Notes under the pieces: generated by a model
The model's database searches: none
Told to the model about the DNA's origin: nothing
The model's input: only the letters and a program-made list of their open reading frames with translations
Position numbers and translations under genes: made by a program
Part shown: positions 10,654 through 19,972 of the stretch, one piece after another
Numbering within the stretch: the stretch's first letter is position 1
How the letters are laid out: each line of letters begins with the position of its first letter
From: Candidatus Poribacteria bacterium
GTDB taxonomy: Bacteria; Poribacteria; WGA-4E; WGA-3G
Assembly (NCBI GenBank): GCA_965205015.1
Contig: OZ242029.1
Span: forward strand, 2,144,001-2,208,000
Direction: 5' to 3'
DNA: 64,000 nucleotides

Positions 10654-10773
10654 ATTAACACCCTTGTCTGTAAAATAGTAGAAACCGAATTGGGTTTGGA
10701 AATAGACCGGATTGAGTCTGGGAATAGACCAAATTCATTCCTTAGTATTACATCAGGAGAGACCTTGTAAAAC

Positions 10774-12732
10774 ATGATTATCTTTCTACGCGAAAAATTT
10801 ATTGCGCAACTCTTTATGTGGATAATCGCCATTGTGTTCCTGGCAGGCACAGTGTTCCTCTACAGCAATACGCAGGGCAGAGGTGAAGATCCCGAAGGCG
10901 AAGTCGTTCTCAGGATTAATAACACGGAAGTCAAGCGCGGAGAATTTGAAAGTGCTGTCGCGAATGCCTTAGAAACCCAAAGGCGAAACCAGAGATTCGG
11001 CGCGACCGACCGAGAAGAGATGCAAAAGTCAGTCATTGATCGCTGGGTACAACAAACCATACTTGGGAGTGTCGATATCGGTCCTGCTGAAATAGAACGC
11101 TACATCCGAAGTGACACCACTCGAGTCGAGCAGTACAATCTTTACCAACAATTCGGGGCAGCAGACCTCTACACAGAGAATGTTCGTTTACAACTCAGCT
11201 CCGCCGCACTCCGAGATAGTGTTCAATCGCTTGAGTTGGTAACCGATACTGAAGCAGAACAAGCATATCGACTTGAATCAAACAAGGCAAAAGTTAAATT
11301 TATTGAATTTAAGCATAGTGATTATGCCGCAACGACTGAAGTAGATGAAGCAGAAGCAGCGGCGTACTTTGAGAAAAATCGGGATAACTATAAATCCGGA
11401 GAACAGGTAAATGTAAAGTTTATCAGGGTAAATCCCGCCGAGCTCGTTTCAGACGAAGATATTGCTACGTATTATGAGGAAAACCAAACGGAGTTTACAA
11501 CACCCGAAGTGGTTAAAGCACGCCATATCTTGAAAAAATTTCCTGATAATGCCACCGACGAACAAAAGGCAGAGACCAAAACCGCCGCAGAGGAACTCCT
11601 CAAAACCATCAACGCAGAACTCGCAGCAGGCGCGGATTTCGCAGAACTCGCAATGACACATTCAGAGGGACCTTCCGGTGCCCAAGGCGGCGCATTAAGA
11701 GGTGGAAATCCAAAACTTCCACCTGGAGACTACTTCGCACGTGGGGACATGGTCAAACCCTTCGAGGAAACTGCCTTTGACCTTTTGGAACCGGGAGAAG
11801 TCAGCGGTTTAGTCGAAACACAATTTGGGTTTCACATCATTAAGTTGGAAGAGAAGAAATCACCAGAGGTTCAACCTTTCGATCAGGTCCAATACGACGT
11901 CCGGCAAAGGCTCGTTCAAGTCAGCGGCGTTGATGAAGCCAAAAAGGTTGCGTCCGACCTTCTGTATGAAATCGAAATTCAGGACTATGACGCAGCGCTC
12001 GCACTTGAAAGGTACAAGGAACTTTCCCTCATCGCATTGGAAACCGGGTTCTTCAGCCGTGATGCGACAACGATTCCACAGATTGGCGCAAGATGGGGTT
12101 ATCAAGGGTTAATCGAAGAACTCTTTGATATGGAAGTGAACGTCATAAAGGTTGTTGAGGCGAAAAAATCGAATGGAGAGCAGGTAGAAGCCTATTTTGT
12201 CGCCACCGTTCTTGAGAAAAAACCGGCGACTGTTCCACCGTTTTCGGAAATCAAGCCACAGGTCCTCAGCGATCTGAAAACCGAAAAATCCAAGGAACGT
12301 GCCTTTGCGGACGCACAAAACCTGTTCAATAAACGGGCAGACACCACATCGCTGGAGGCTTTATTGGAAAAGTATGATGCCCCTGAAGGCTTGGCGACAG
12401 ACCGACTTTCTGTGGGAGAAAGTAACCTGTTCCCACTCAGCCCAAACAGCGATTATATTGCCGGTATGGGAAGTTCGACTGAAACGATGTTTGCCGCATT
12501 TGGAATGAAGGTTGATGAGATGGGGGGTCCCTTCAAGGGAAGCAATTCTGTCTACATTGTCCAACTCATTGAGCGGGAAGAACCTGACGTTGAAACGTTC
12601 CAAATGGACCCCGCTGAGGAAGCGCGGCATCGTCAAGCGCTCATTCAAGCAAAGAAACGGGAAACATATTTAAATTGGTTCGCCGCACGCAAAAAGGCGA
12701 GTGAACTCTGGATCCATCCAGATTATCGCTAA
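10774..12732 (+). CDS. PpiD/SurA-like membrane-anchored parvulin peptidyl-prolyl isomerase
   Basis: N-terminal TM; VKARHIL, DFAELA..HSE, MVKPFEETAF, VETQFGFHIIK. Confidence 0.85.
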   Translation: MIIFLREKFIAQLFMWIIAIVFLAGTVFLYSNTQGRGEDPEGEVVLRINNTEVKRGEFESAVANALETQRRNQRFGATDREEMQKSVIDRWVQQTILGSVDIGPAEIERYIRSDTTRVEQYNLYQQFGAADLYTENVRLQLSSAALRDSVQSLELVTDTEAEQAYRLESNKAKVKFIEFKHSDYAATTEVDEAEAAAYFEKNRDNYKSGEQVNVKFIRVNPAELVSDEDIATYYEENQTEFTTPEVVKARHILKKFPDNATDEQKAETKTAAEELLKTINAELAAGADFAELAMTHSEGPSGAQGGALRGGNPKLPPGDYFARGDMVKPFEETAFDLLEPGEVSGLVETQFGFHIIKLEEKKSPEVQPFDQVQYDVRQRLVQVSGVDEAKKVASDLLYEIEIQDYDAALALERYKELSLIALETGFFSRDATTIPQIGARWGYQGLIEELFDMEVNVIKVVEAKKSNGEQVEAYFVATVLEKKPATVPPFSEIKPQVLSDLKTEKSKERAFADAQNLFNKRADTTSLEALLEKYDAPEGLATDRLSVGESNLFPLSPNSDYIAGMGSSTETMFAAFGMKVDEMGGPFKGSNSVYIVQLIEREEPDVETFQMDPAEEARHRQALIQAKKRETYLNWFAARKKASELWIHPDYR

Positions 12733-13796
12733 TTCAGGAGTTCGTAGAAGAAATTGCGGCGTTTGGGAATATAACCCAACTCGGCTATTGTGCGTTCGAT
12801 CTCCTCGATGGGCATGCAATAGACCGTTCCCGCTTTACTGACAACGTTCTCCTCTATCATCGTACCGCCCATATCATTCGCACCGAATTTAAGCGATAAT
12901 TGTCCGATCTTTGGACCTTGGGTTACCCATGAAGATTGAAAGTTGTCGAAGTTATCCAAGAACAATCGCGAAATAGCAAGCGTTTTGAGATATTCAAAAC
13001 TTCCTGCTGGCGGTATATGATCCATACGGGTATTGTCAGGTTGTAGGGACCAACAGATAAACGCTGTGAATCCACCTGTTTCATCTTGTAAATCGCGCAG
13101 TCTGACGAGGTGCTCAACACGCTCGGCGTAACTCTCTACATGCCCATACATCATCGTCGCGCTCGACTTGAGTCCAACCAAGTGTCCCTGACGCATGACC
13201 TCCAGCCACTCGTCAGCAGTGCACTTCTTCGGACTAATCTCATTTCGGGCAGGGTCAGTGAGGATTTCTGCACCGCCGCCAGGGATCGAATCAAGCCCAG
13301 CATCTCGCAACCGGATAAGCATTTCTTGCAGCGACATACGATTTATCTTGGCAAACCAATCCAACTCTGGTGGGGAAAACCCATGGATATGAATGCGATA
13401 ATTTGCTTTGATCCAACGTAGGAGATCTTCGTACCAGTCCAGTTTGAGTTTCGGATGCAATCCACCTTGCATGAGGATCAACTCACCGCCAAGATCCAGT
13501 GTTTCCTGTATCTTTTTCCCCAGTTCTTCCCGCTCCATAACATAAGCGTCAGGGTCTCGACGATGCCGATAGAAAGCACAAAAATCGCAGTCAACATAAC
13601 ACCAATTGGTATAGTTAATATTTCGGTCAACAATGTAAGTGACGTAGCCTGCCGGATGTTTGCGTTGCCGGACAATATCCGCGGCGTGCCCCAGAGAAAG
13701 TAGATCGTGGCTCTTAAAAAGCGTCAAACAGTCGTCAAAGTCTAACCGTTCGCCCGTGAGTGATTTCTCAAGGATGGGTTGGATGTTTGTATCCAT
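12729..13796 (-). CDS. mqnC: Cyclic dehypoxanthine futalosine synthase (radical SAM)
   Basis: DRNINYTNWCYVDCDFCAFYR, SIPGGGAEIL, QSSWVTQG, GANDMGGTMIEENVV. Confidence 0.9.
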   Translation of the reverse strand: MDTNIQPILEKSLTGERLDFDDCLTLFKSHDLLSLGHAADIVRQRKHPAGYVTYIVDRNINYTNWCYVDCDFCAFYRHRRDPDAYVMEREELGKKIQETLDLGGELILMQGGLHPKLKLDWYEDLLRWIKANYRIHIHGFSPPELDWFAKINRMSLQEMLIRLRDAGLDSIPGGGAEILTDPARNEISPKKCTADEWLEVMRQGHLVGLKSSATMMYGHVESYAERVEHLVRLRDLQDETGGFTAFICWSLQPDNTRMDHIPPAGSFEYLKTLAISRLFLDNFDNFQSSWVTQGPKIGQLSLKFGANDMGGTMIEENVVSKAGTVYCMPIEEIERTIAELGYIPKRRNFFYELLN

Positions 13797-13896
13797 TTAC
13801 GGGTTTCCTTAATTCTATAAAGCATACTGATGCCGAATCTAATACTTCAATTCTAACATTTTACAATCTGTTTGTCAACTTTTCCACCATTTTAAT

Positions 13897-13924
13897 TTGA
13901 CTTTTTCAGAAAATTAGGTATAAT
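13897..13924 (+). promoter_or_regulatory. Sigma70 promoter of rpoZ
   Basis: TTGACT-16 bp-TATAAT. Confidence 0.65.
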
Positions 13925-13965
13925 TGTAACACGTTTGTTCTGAATCTAAGTAAGGAGAGACAAAA

Positions 13966-14310
13966 ATGAGCGAAGTCGTTTACAATGAGGACTTAGTGAA
14001 ACGCGTATCAAATAAATACCTTGCAGTGAATATTGCCGCAAAACGCGCCAGAGATATAAACGCAAACGGTTTGCCTATTGCGCCTTCAAGCACTGCAGAT
14101 AAAAAGAAGAAACCTGTCGCCGTTGCAACACAAGAGTTGGTTGAAGGGAAACTTCACTTTGAAAAAAGCGAAGTCAAAGTACCCACTCAGAATACACCGT
14201 CGATTTTTACCGACTCGCAGGATTCAGACGACGGGAGTGATATCTTCGATGAAGAACTCCTTGCACGCGAAGGCGATGCGGACCCAGAGGAGCGTGAGGA
14301 AGGTCTTTAG
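13966..14310 (+). CDS. rpoZ: RNA polymerase omega subunit with acidic C-terminal extension
   Basis: NKYLAVNIAAKRARDI, KPVAVATQELVEGKL; AAGGAG RBS. Confidence 0.85.
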   Translation: MSEVVYNEDLVKRVSNKYLAVNIAAKRARDINANGLPIAPSSTADKKKKPVAVATQELVEGKLHFEKSEVKVPTQNTPSIFTDSQDSDDGSDIFDEELLAREGDADPEEREEGL

Positions 14311-14384
14311 ATCTCGTCGATGACGGAAAGAGTGCCGACCCAAACAACCTCTCGCCGAAAAAACCGCCAAAAATCGAAGGGCAC

Positions 14385-14413
14385 TTGACAATCCTCAATA
14401 AAGTGGGTATAAT
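14385..14413 (+). promoter_or_regulatory. Sigma70 promoter of the tRNA cluster
   Basis: TTGACA-17 bp-TATAAT. Confidence 0.85.
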
Positions 14414-14423
14414 TAAAAGTGCT

Positions 14424-14495
14424 GCTGACGTGGCTCAATGGTAGAGCAAGTGATTTGTAATCACTAGGTTGGAGGTTCGATTCCTCTCGTCAGCT
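14424..14495 (+). tRNA. tRNA-Thr(TGT)
   Basis: Acceptor gctgacg/cgtcagc, anticodon arm agtga-ttTGTaa-tcact. Confidence 0.95.
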
Positions 14496-14503
14496 TTTTT
14501 AAT

Positions 14504-14585
14504 GGGGGTATGCTAGAGCGGTCAAATAGGGCAGACTGTAAATCTGTTGGCTATGCCTACGGTGGTTCGAATCCATCTGCCCCCA
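14504..14585 (+). tRNA. tRNA-Tyr(GTA)
   Basis: Acceptor gggggta/tgccccc, gcaga-ctGTAaa-tctgt, long variable arm. Confidence 0.95.
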
Positions 14586-14604
14586 TCTCTTTTTATTAGA
14601 TGCT

Positions 14605-14677
14605 GCGGGAGTAGCTCAGCTGGTAGAGCATTGGCCTTCCAAGCCATGTGTCGCGGGTTCGATTCCCGTCTCCCGCT
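14605..14677 (+). tRNA. tRNA-Gly(TCC)
   Basis: Acceptor gcgggag/ctcccgc, tggc-ctTCCaa-gcca. Confidence 0.95.
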
Positions 14678-14697
14678 TGTCGGTGTTTATTATCTTT

Positions 14698-14773
<76 letters not shown>

Positions 14774-14797
14774 CTTATCGAAAGTAGAGGGTTTATT

Positions 14798-14950
14798 ATG
14801 CCCAGAGACATTGTAGTATTAGCATGTGATGCATGTAGTCAACGGAATTATGTGACAACCCGAAACCGCCGGACGAACCAAAACCGGTACGAACGGAAAA
14901 AATACTGTCGCTTCTGTCGAAAGCATACATCCCACAAGGAAACACGATAA
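14798..14950 (+). CDS. rpmG: 50S ribosomal protein L33 (Zn-ribbon, C+ form)
   Basis: [11 protein letters not shown]...[15 protein letters not shown]. Confidence 0.95.
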   Translation: MPRDIVVLACDACSQRNYVTTRNRRTNQNRYERKKYCRFCRKHTSHKETR

Positions 14951-15020
14951 CTTTTTGGATAGGGACGATAACACCACTCTGATTATCGAATGGGTGCGTG
15001 ATCTCCTACGAAAAACTTGC

Positions 15021-15094
15021 AGGCCAGTAGCTCCAACGGCTAGAGCGTCGGTCTCCAAAACCGAATGTTGGGGGTTCGAATCCCTCCTGGCCTG
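15021..15094 (+). tRNA. tRNA-Trp(CCA)
   Basis: Acceptor aggccag/ctggcct, tcggt-ctCCAaa-accga. Confidence 0.95.
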
Positions 15095-15108
15095 CCTTTA
15101 ATAATCTT

Positions 15109-15531
15109 ATGATAGCTCGTTTGAAAAATTACATTCAGGGAATTAATCAAGAATGGCAAAGAGTGTCTAAGCCGGACGCCAAAGAGGTCCAAGGCAGCAC
15201 CATTACTGTCATCATCGCTTCCGCCGTATTAGGACTTTTCATCGGGTTAGTCGATGGCAACTCCGCTTTTCCAAAATGGAACAACCCACTTGGGTGGATC
15301 TTTCTGGCGGCTCTTCCAATCGTTGTTTTCTTTATTATGCGAAGTTGGGAGAATCAACCGCAAAGTAGTAGGGAAGCCGAATTGTCTGGCGGGAACGACG
15401 GGAATCGGAAAGTGATAGCGGCGGCAGTAGCCTGTATCCCTTTAATCGCTGTACTTGTAACCCAGTATGCCCTCAATAGTTCCCTTGAAGGTTTCGGTAT
15501 GGCTTTCCTCAGGACGCTCTTTATTCGTTAA
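15109..15531 (+). CDS. secE: Preprotein translocase subunit SecE (atypical, C-terminally extended)
   Basis: Position between tRNA-Trp and nusG; EWQRVSKP..EV..STITVII...GLVD. Confidence 0.8.
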   Translation: MIARLKNYIQGINQEWQRVSKPDAKEVQGSTITVIIASAVLGLFIGLVDGNSAFPKWNNPLGWIFLAALPIVVFFIMRSWENQPQSSREAELSGGNDGNRKVIAAAVACIPLIAVLVTQYALNSSLEGFGMAFLRTLFIR

Positions 15532-15562
15532 TCATAATGTGCATACGCTGGTGAACCGGAAT

Positions 15563-16129
15563 ATGGATGGATACTGGTACGTCGTTCAAATATACACTGG
15601 ACATGAGAAAAAGGTTAAACTTAACCTTGACAACATGATCGTGAGGGAAGAGTTACAGGACGAAATCCTGCAAGTTAATGTCCCGGAGACTGAGGTTGTA
15701 GAGGTTAAAGACAGCCAACGGAAAGTGAGTCTCCGGCCTTCTTATCCGGGGTATGTCCTTGTGAATACCACCCATGAACTCGGTCCACATGTTGACAATC
15801 CGGTTGGGCAAAAGAGTTGGGCTCTCATACAAGAGACACCGGGAGTCATGAACTTTTTAGGACCCACCTCACATCCATCACCGCTCAGCCCTGATGATGT
15901 TGAAGCAATGCTCCAGATGTCAACCGAGGAAGAGGAAGCCCCACCAGTGCCCGCAATGGAATATGAAGTAGGCGATAAGGTCAAGGTGATAAACGGTCCG
16001 TTTAGTGGATTCCCTGGCGAAATTGAGGAAATTGACATGGAGCACCAACGATTACGCCTCAGCATTTCGCTTTTCGGTCGCTCTACCTCCGTTGACTTGG
16101 GCTTACTCGAAGTGGAAGAATTGAACTAA
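15563..16129 (+). CDS. nusG: Transcription termination/antitermination factor NusG
   Basis: WYVVQIYTGHEKKV, YPGYVLV, ETPGVMNF, KOW motif GDKVKVINGPF. Confidence 0.95.
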   Translation: MDGYWYVVQIYTGHEKKVKLNLDNMIVREELQDEILQVNVPETEVVEVKDSQRKVSLRPSYPGYVLVNTTHELGPHVDNPVGQKSWALIQETPGVMNFLGPTSHPSPLSPDDVEAMLQMSTEEEEAPPVPAMEYEVGDKVKVINGPFSGFPGEIEEIDMEHQRLRLSISLFGRSTSVDLGLLEVEELN

Positions 16130-16230
16130 ACGCGAACGGCGTTGTTGAAAGGGAACCGTGATTGTGAGCTCACGTCGTCTTAACTTAAAACGCAACTTGG
16201 AACGCTCACAACCCAAAATAGGAAAAAACA

Positions 16231-16653
16231 ATGGCAAAGAAAGTAGCGGGTGAAGTTAAACTCCAGTTAGTATCCGGACAGGCGACACCACAACCGCCCG
16301 TTGGTCCCAGTCTCGCACCTTACATGATTAATCTACAGGAGTTTATCAAATCGTTTAACGCCCAGACGCAGCACCAAACCGGAATGGTGGTGACAACCGT
16401 CATCACCTGTTATAGTGATCGGTCGTTTAGTTTCAGTGTAAAGTCACCACCTGCCGCCGTCTTACTCAAGTCCGCAGCAAAGATTGCCAAAGGTTCTGGT
16501 GAACCCAATCGAAACAAGGTCGCTTCCGTTACAATGGAGCAAATTCGAGAAATCGCACAGACAAAATTGCCCGACTTAAATACGACAGACTTAGAGGCAG
16601 CAATGCGAATGGTAGAAGGAACCGCTCGTAGCATGGGGCTGACGATTAATTAG
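16231..16653 (+). CDS. rplK: 50S ribosomal protein L11
   Basis: [18 protein letters not shown]. Confidence 0.97.
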   Translation: MAKKVAGEVKLQLVSGQATPQPPVGPSLAPYMINLQEFIKSFNAQTQHQTGMVVTTVITCYSDRSFSFSVKSPPAAVLLKSAAKIAKGSGEPNRNKVASVTMEQIREIAQTKLPDLNTTDLEAAMRMVEGTARSMGLTIN

Positions 16654-16748
16654 CAGGACTTATTCATCTGACGAAGTACAGCATCGTGGATATACGGATA
16701 AGTTCACTTTGAAACGGGGCTATACAGATATAGCCCATGGAGAACAAC

Positions 16749-17447
16749 ATGGCGAAAAGAGGGAAGCGATACCGCGGCATCAACGAACACGTAGACAGAC
16801 TCCAACTTTACACGATAGACGAGGCCGTCTCGCTGGTGAAAAAAACAGGCAGCACCAAGTTTGATGAAACCGTGGATTTGGCATCACGTCTCGGCATAGA
16901 CGCCCGACAGGCAGACCAGAATATCCGAGGCACTGTCGCACTGCCACATGGAACAGGAAAATCTGTCCGTGTTGTCGTATTCGCCCAAGGCGATCTGGCA
17001 CGACAAGCCGAAGAAGCCGGGGCAGATTTCGTCGGAACAGACGAACTTGTTGATAAAATCGTTGATGGGTGGCTCGATTTTGACGCAACAATCGCAACAC
17101 CCGACCTGATGCGAAGTATTATGCCTAAACTCGGGCGAGTTCTTGGACCCAGAGGCTTAATGCCGAATGCCAAGGCAGGTACCGTCACAATGGATGTCGC
17201 CGAAACCATCCAAGATATCAAAGCCGGACAAATCGAATACCGAGTAGAACGCTCCTCCGGTATCGTTCATGTCCCAATCGGCAAAGTGTCATTTGAGGAA
17301 GAAAGTATTAAACAGAACCTCAACGCAGTGATGAGTGCACTCGTTGCCGCTCGTCCGTCCGCGGTGAAAGGCAGATACATTCGGAGTGTTGCTATATCAG
17401 CAACAATGGGAGCTGCCATTCGGATAGATCCCCAGCAATTTGCATGA
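16749..17447 (+). CDS. rplA: 50S ribosomal protein L1
   Basis: [23 protein letters not shown]. Confidence 0.97.
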   Translation: MAKRGKRYRGINEHVDRLQLYTIDEAVSLVKKTGSTKFDETVDLASRLGIDARQADQNIRGTVALPHGTGKSVRVVVFAQGDLARQAEEAGADFVGTDELVDKIVDGWLDFDATIATPDLMRSIMPKLGRVLGPRGLMPNAKAGTVTMDVAETIQDIKAGQIEYRVERSSGIVHVPIGKVSFEEESIKQNLNAVMSALVAARPSAVKGRYIRSVAISATMGAAIRIDPQQFA

Positions 17448-17489
17448 TCCGCGCGGGATACGATATGGAATTGTCCTACAGCTGAATAG

Positions 17490-17640
17490 AGTCGTAGAAC
17501 GTAGGTGCCATTGGCTTAATTGCCTACCGAGGCTTGAATGCAACAGAACAAGTGATGGATGATTGAAGCATCCGTGAAGTCGCTTTGTACACTGTTTGCT
17601 CCTCTTTGGATCTAAGCCTCCAGGCACCTGGGGGCTTTTT
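17490..17640 (+). ncRNA. L10 leader-like autoregulatory RNA with attenuator
   Basis: gtagaacgtagg..cttaa..cctaccgagg core upstream of rplJ, followed by a terminator hairpin. Confidence 0.7.
17614..17640 (+). terminator. Intrinsic terminator in the rplJ leader
   Basis: aagcctccag-gcac-ctgggggctt followed by a T-run. Confidence 0.75.
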
Positions 17641-17733
17641 GCATGCAATCGTATACCGAATCGATAGGTGTATAGGGAAACCAAGGTATCGCGCGCTGGT
17701 TACTATACAACCGATATAGAAAGGAACTAAAAC

Positions 17734-18300
17734 ATGCCGAATGAGGCGAATGTTCAGCAAACAGAACAAATTCGTGAGATTTTTGACAATGCCGATGTTG
17801 TTCTACTAACGGACTTTCAGGGGCTGACAGTCGCAGAAATTAACGAACTGCGAAACCAGCTTCGAGCAGCCGATATCCGCTATAAGGTCTGTAAGAATAC
17901 ATTGGTAAACGTCGTCGCTCAAGAAAGAGGTATTGATGGCTTAGCCCCTTATCTCAAAGGGAATACAGCCCTCGCTACGGGTACAGATCCAGCGACATCT
18001 TCAAAAATCTTGCTTGAATTTGGCGAGGAACACGAAAATTTTAAAATTAAAGGTGGCATTCTCGGGACGCGAATCATCGATGCCGTAGGCGTTGAAGCCC
18101 TCAAAGATATGCCATCACGAGATGTCCTGATTGCCCGCACCGTCGGGATGATCGGTGCGCCTCTCACAGGACTCATCAACACCTTAAATCAGGGTTCACC
18201 TATTACAGGAATGGTGAACGTACTCAGTGGAACGATACGGCAGGTAGCCTCTGTACTAACACAGGTTGCCGACCAAAAGAAAGAGGCGGAAGACGCCTAA
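17734..18300 (+). CDS. rplJ: 50S ribosomal protein L10
   Basis: DFQGLTVAEINELR, KVCKNTL, LKGNTALA. Confidence 0.96.
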   Translation: MPNEANVQQTEQIREIFDNADVVLLTDFQGLTVAEINELRNQLRAADIRYKVCKNTLVNVVAQERGIDGLAPYLKGNTALATGTDPATSSKILLEFGEEHENFKIKGGILGTRIIDAVGVEALKDMPSRDVLIARTVGMIGAPLTGLINTLNQGSPITGMVNVLSGTIRQVASVLTQVADQKKEAEDA

Positions 18301-18414
18301 CCCAAAGCACTTCCAGTGCTTATATCAAATATTGAGGGAGACCAAGTCCCCAAGACTTGATCAGAAAATCTCTAATCAAGTTAATTTGATACGACACATA
18401 GAGAGGATAAAAAT

Positions 18415-18819
18415 ATGGCCGCAGATATGGAAAAATTGATTGACGAAATTAGCAATATGACCGTTCTGGAACTTTCTGAACTCGTCAAAGCCTTAGAGGA
18501 TAAATTCGGAGTCAGTGCGTCAGCCGCGCCAGCAATTGCTATGCCCGGAATGATGCCAGCCGCTGCCGCTGCTGGAGATGGAGAAGAAGCCGCTGAAGCC
18601 GCAGAGCAAACAGAATTCGACGTTCAGCTCAAAGACTTCGGTTCCAAAAAGATTCCAGTTATCAAAGAGGTTCGCGCGATTACTGGACTTGGGTTGAAGG
18701 AAGCGAAAGAGAAAGTCGAATCCGCACCGGTCGTCATTCAAGAAGGCATTGCCAAAGAGGAAGCCGAGAAAACGAAAGAACAACTCGAAGCCGTCGGTGC
18801 TGAAGTCGAAATTATATAG
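18415..18819 (+). CDS. rplL: 50S ribosomal protein L7/L12
   Basis: [35 protein letters not shown]. Confidence 0.97.
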   Translation: MAADMEKLIDEISNMTVLELSELVKALEDKFGVSASAAPAIAMPGMMPAAAAAGDGEEAAEAAEQTEFDVQLKDFGSKKIPVIKEVRAITGLGLKEAKEKVESAPVVIQEGIAKEEAEKTKEQLEAVGAEVEII

Positions 18820-19024
18820 ACGGGAGCATACCGTCCTATATCACAAACAGCGCGCCTTTAAACTGCGCACGACTGGTAAACCCATTATGGTTCTTGAGCA
18901 TAGCGATGCCCAAATTCATCGCTCTACGGCGAACTATAGTGGGTTTCCTTTTTTGTAACCGATGGTTATCAATTAGTAAAAACACCTTCCCTATCGTCTT
19001 GAGCCCCAGCGAGGCGACATTTGT

Positions 19025-19876
19025 GTGGCACCGATGTTCAGTATCGTTGATGTTTTCTATCTTGTTTTCAGCCAACTCGCGGTGGGTGGGTTTGCGCTCC
19101 TTCTTTTGGTCCCTACAGGATTAGTGGGTTCGAATTTCTACCGTTTGATGGGTAGTATCTATCTACTCGTGAGCGGATTATCACGATGTGCAAACCTTGC
19201 GCTCCATCAGCAGCCCGTCACATTTCACAACTTCTTCGGGGCTTGGCAGAATCCCGAGTCTATTTCTGTTATCTGCTTCGTTCTCATTGTCCTCATCTAC
19301 ACACTGAGTTGGTGGTTCAAAACACCCCTCCTTACCCGGTGCCTCTTCTTTAGTGGACTTATTTGCGGCGTGGCGTGGCTGATTTTGAGTACTCAGCGGT
19401 ATCTTCAAGTCATACAACTTCCAAGTGAAATGTTCTTGTTATCACTTCAATTCTTGACTGCTGCCGCGCTCCTCGGTGCCGTCCACACCGGGATGTGGTT
19501 TGGTCATTGGTACCTCGTGGTGCCTGATTTACCTGTCGTTTATCTGAAACGATTTAATACTGTCCTGCTCTGTGCACTTTCCGGGGTAGTGCTGCTGCTC
19601 TGCCTGAACCTTTTTTTCAGACAGCAATCCACAGATACCATATCTTTTAACCTCTTCTATCAAATCATCTTCAGCATGCGGGTGCTCATAGGTATCGGTG
19701 GTACGTTGTTCCTCTACTTCATTACGTGGGACTGCTTGCGTCCGAAATCCGTCGCCCGCGATGTACTCGGTGCGACGCGAGCTGCCACAGGTTTCCTCTT
19801 TATTGCCATCATCACAGTGCTTCTCGGTGAGTTCTGCAGTCGACTGCTGCTTCTGGAAATGCGGTTTATCTTCTGA
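19025..19876 (+). CDS. Conserved polytopic membrane protein (GHWYL motif); ATG start possibly 19034
   Basis: About 8 TM segments; GMWFGHWYLVVP and ATGFLFIA motifs. Confidence 0.7.
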   Translation: MAPMFSIVDVFYLVFSQLAVGGFALLLLVPTGLVGSNFYRLMGSIYLLVSGLSRCANLALHQQPVTFHNFFGAWQNPESISVICFVLIVLIYTLSWWFKTPLLTRCLFFSGLICGVAWLILSTQRYLQVIQLPSEMFLLSLQFLTAAALLGAVHTGMWFGHWYLVVPDLPVVYLKRFNTVLLCALSGVVLLLCLNLFFRQQSTDTISFNLFYQIIFSMRVLIGIGGTLFLYFITWDCLRPKSVARDVLGATRAATGFLFIAIITVLLGEFCSRLLLLEMRFIF

Positions 19877-19972
19877 ACCCTCAAATCCCGTAGAAGGAGA
19901 AATTAAAAATTGGAATTTAAATTTCAGATATGCTAAAATAATGGCATTCATTAAAGATTTAAGGAGGCACTA

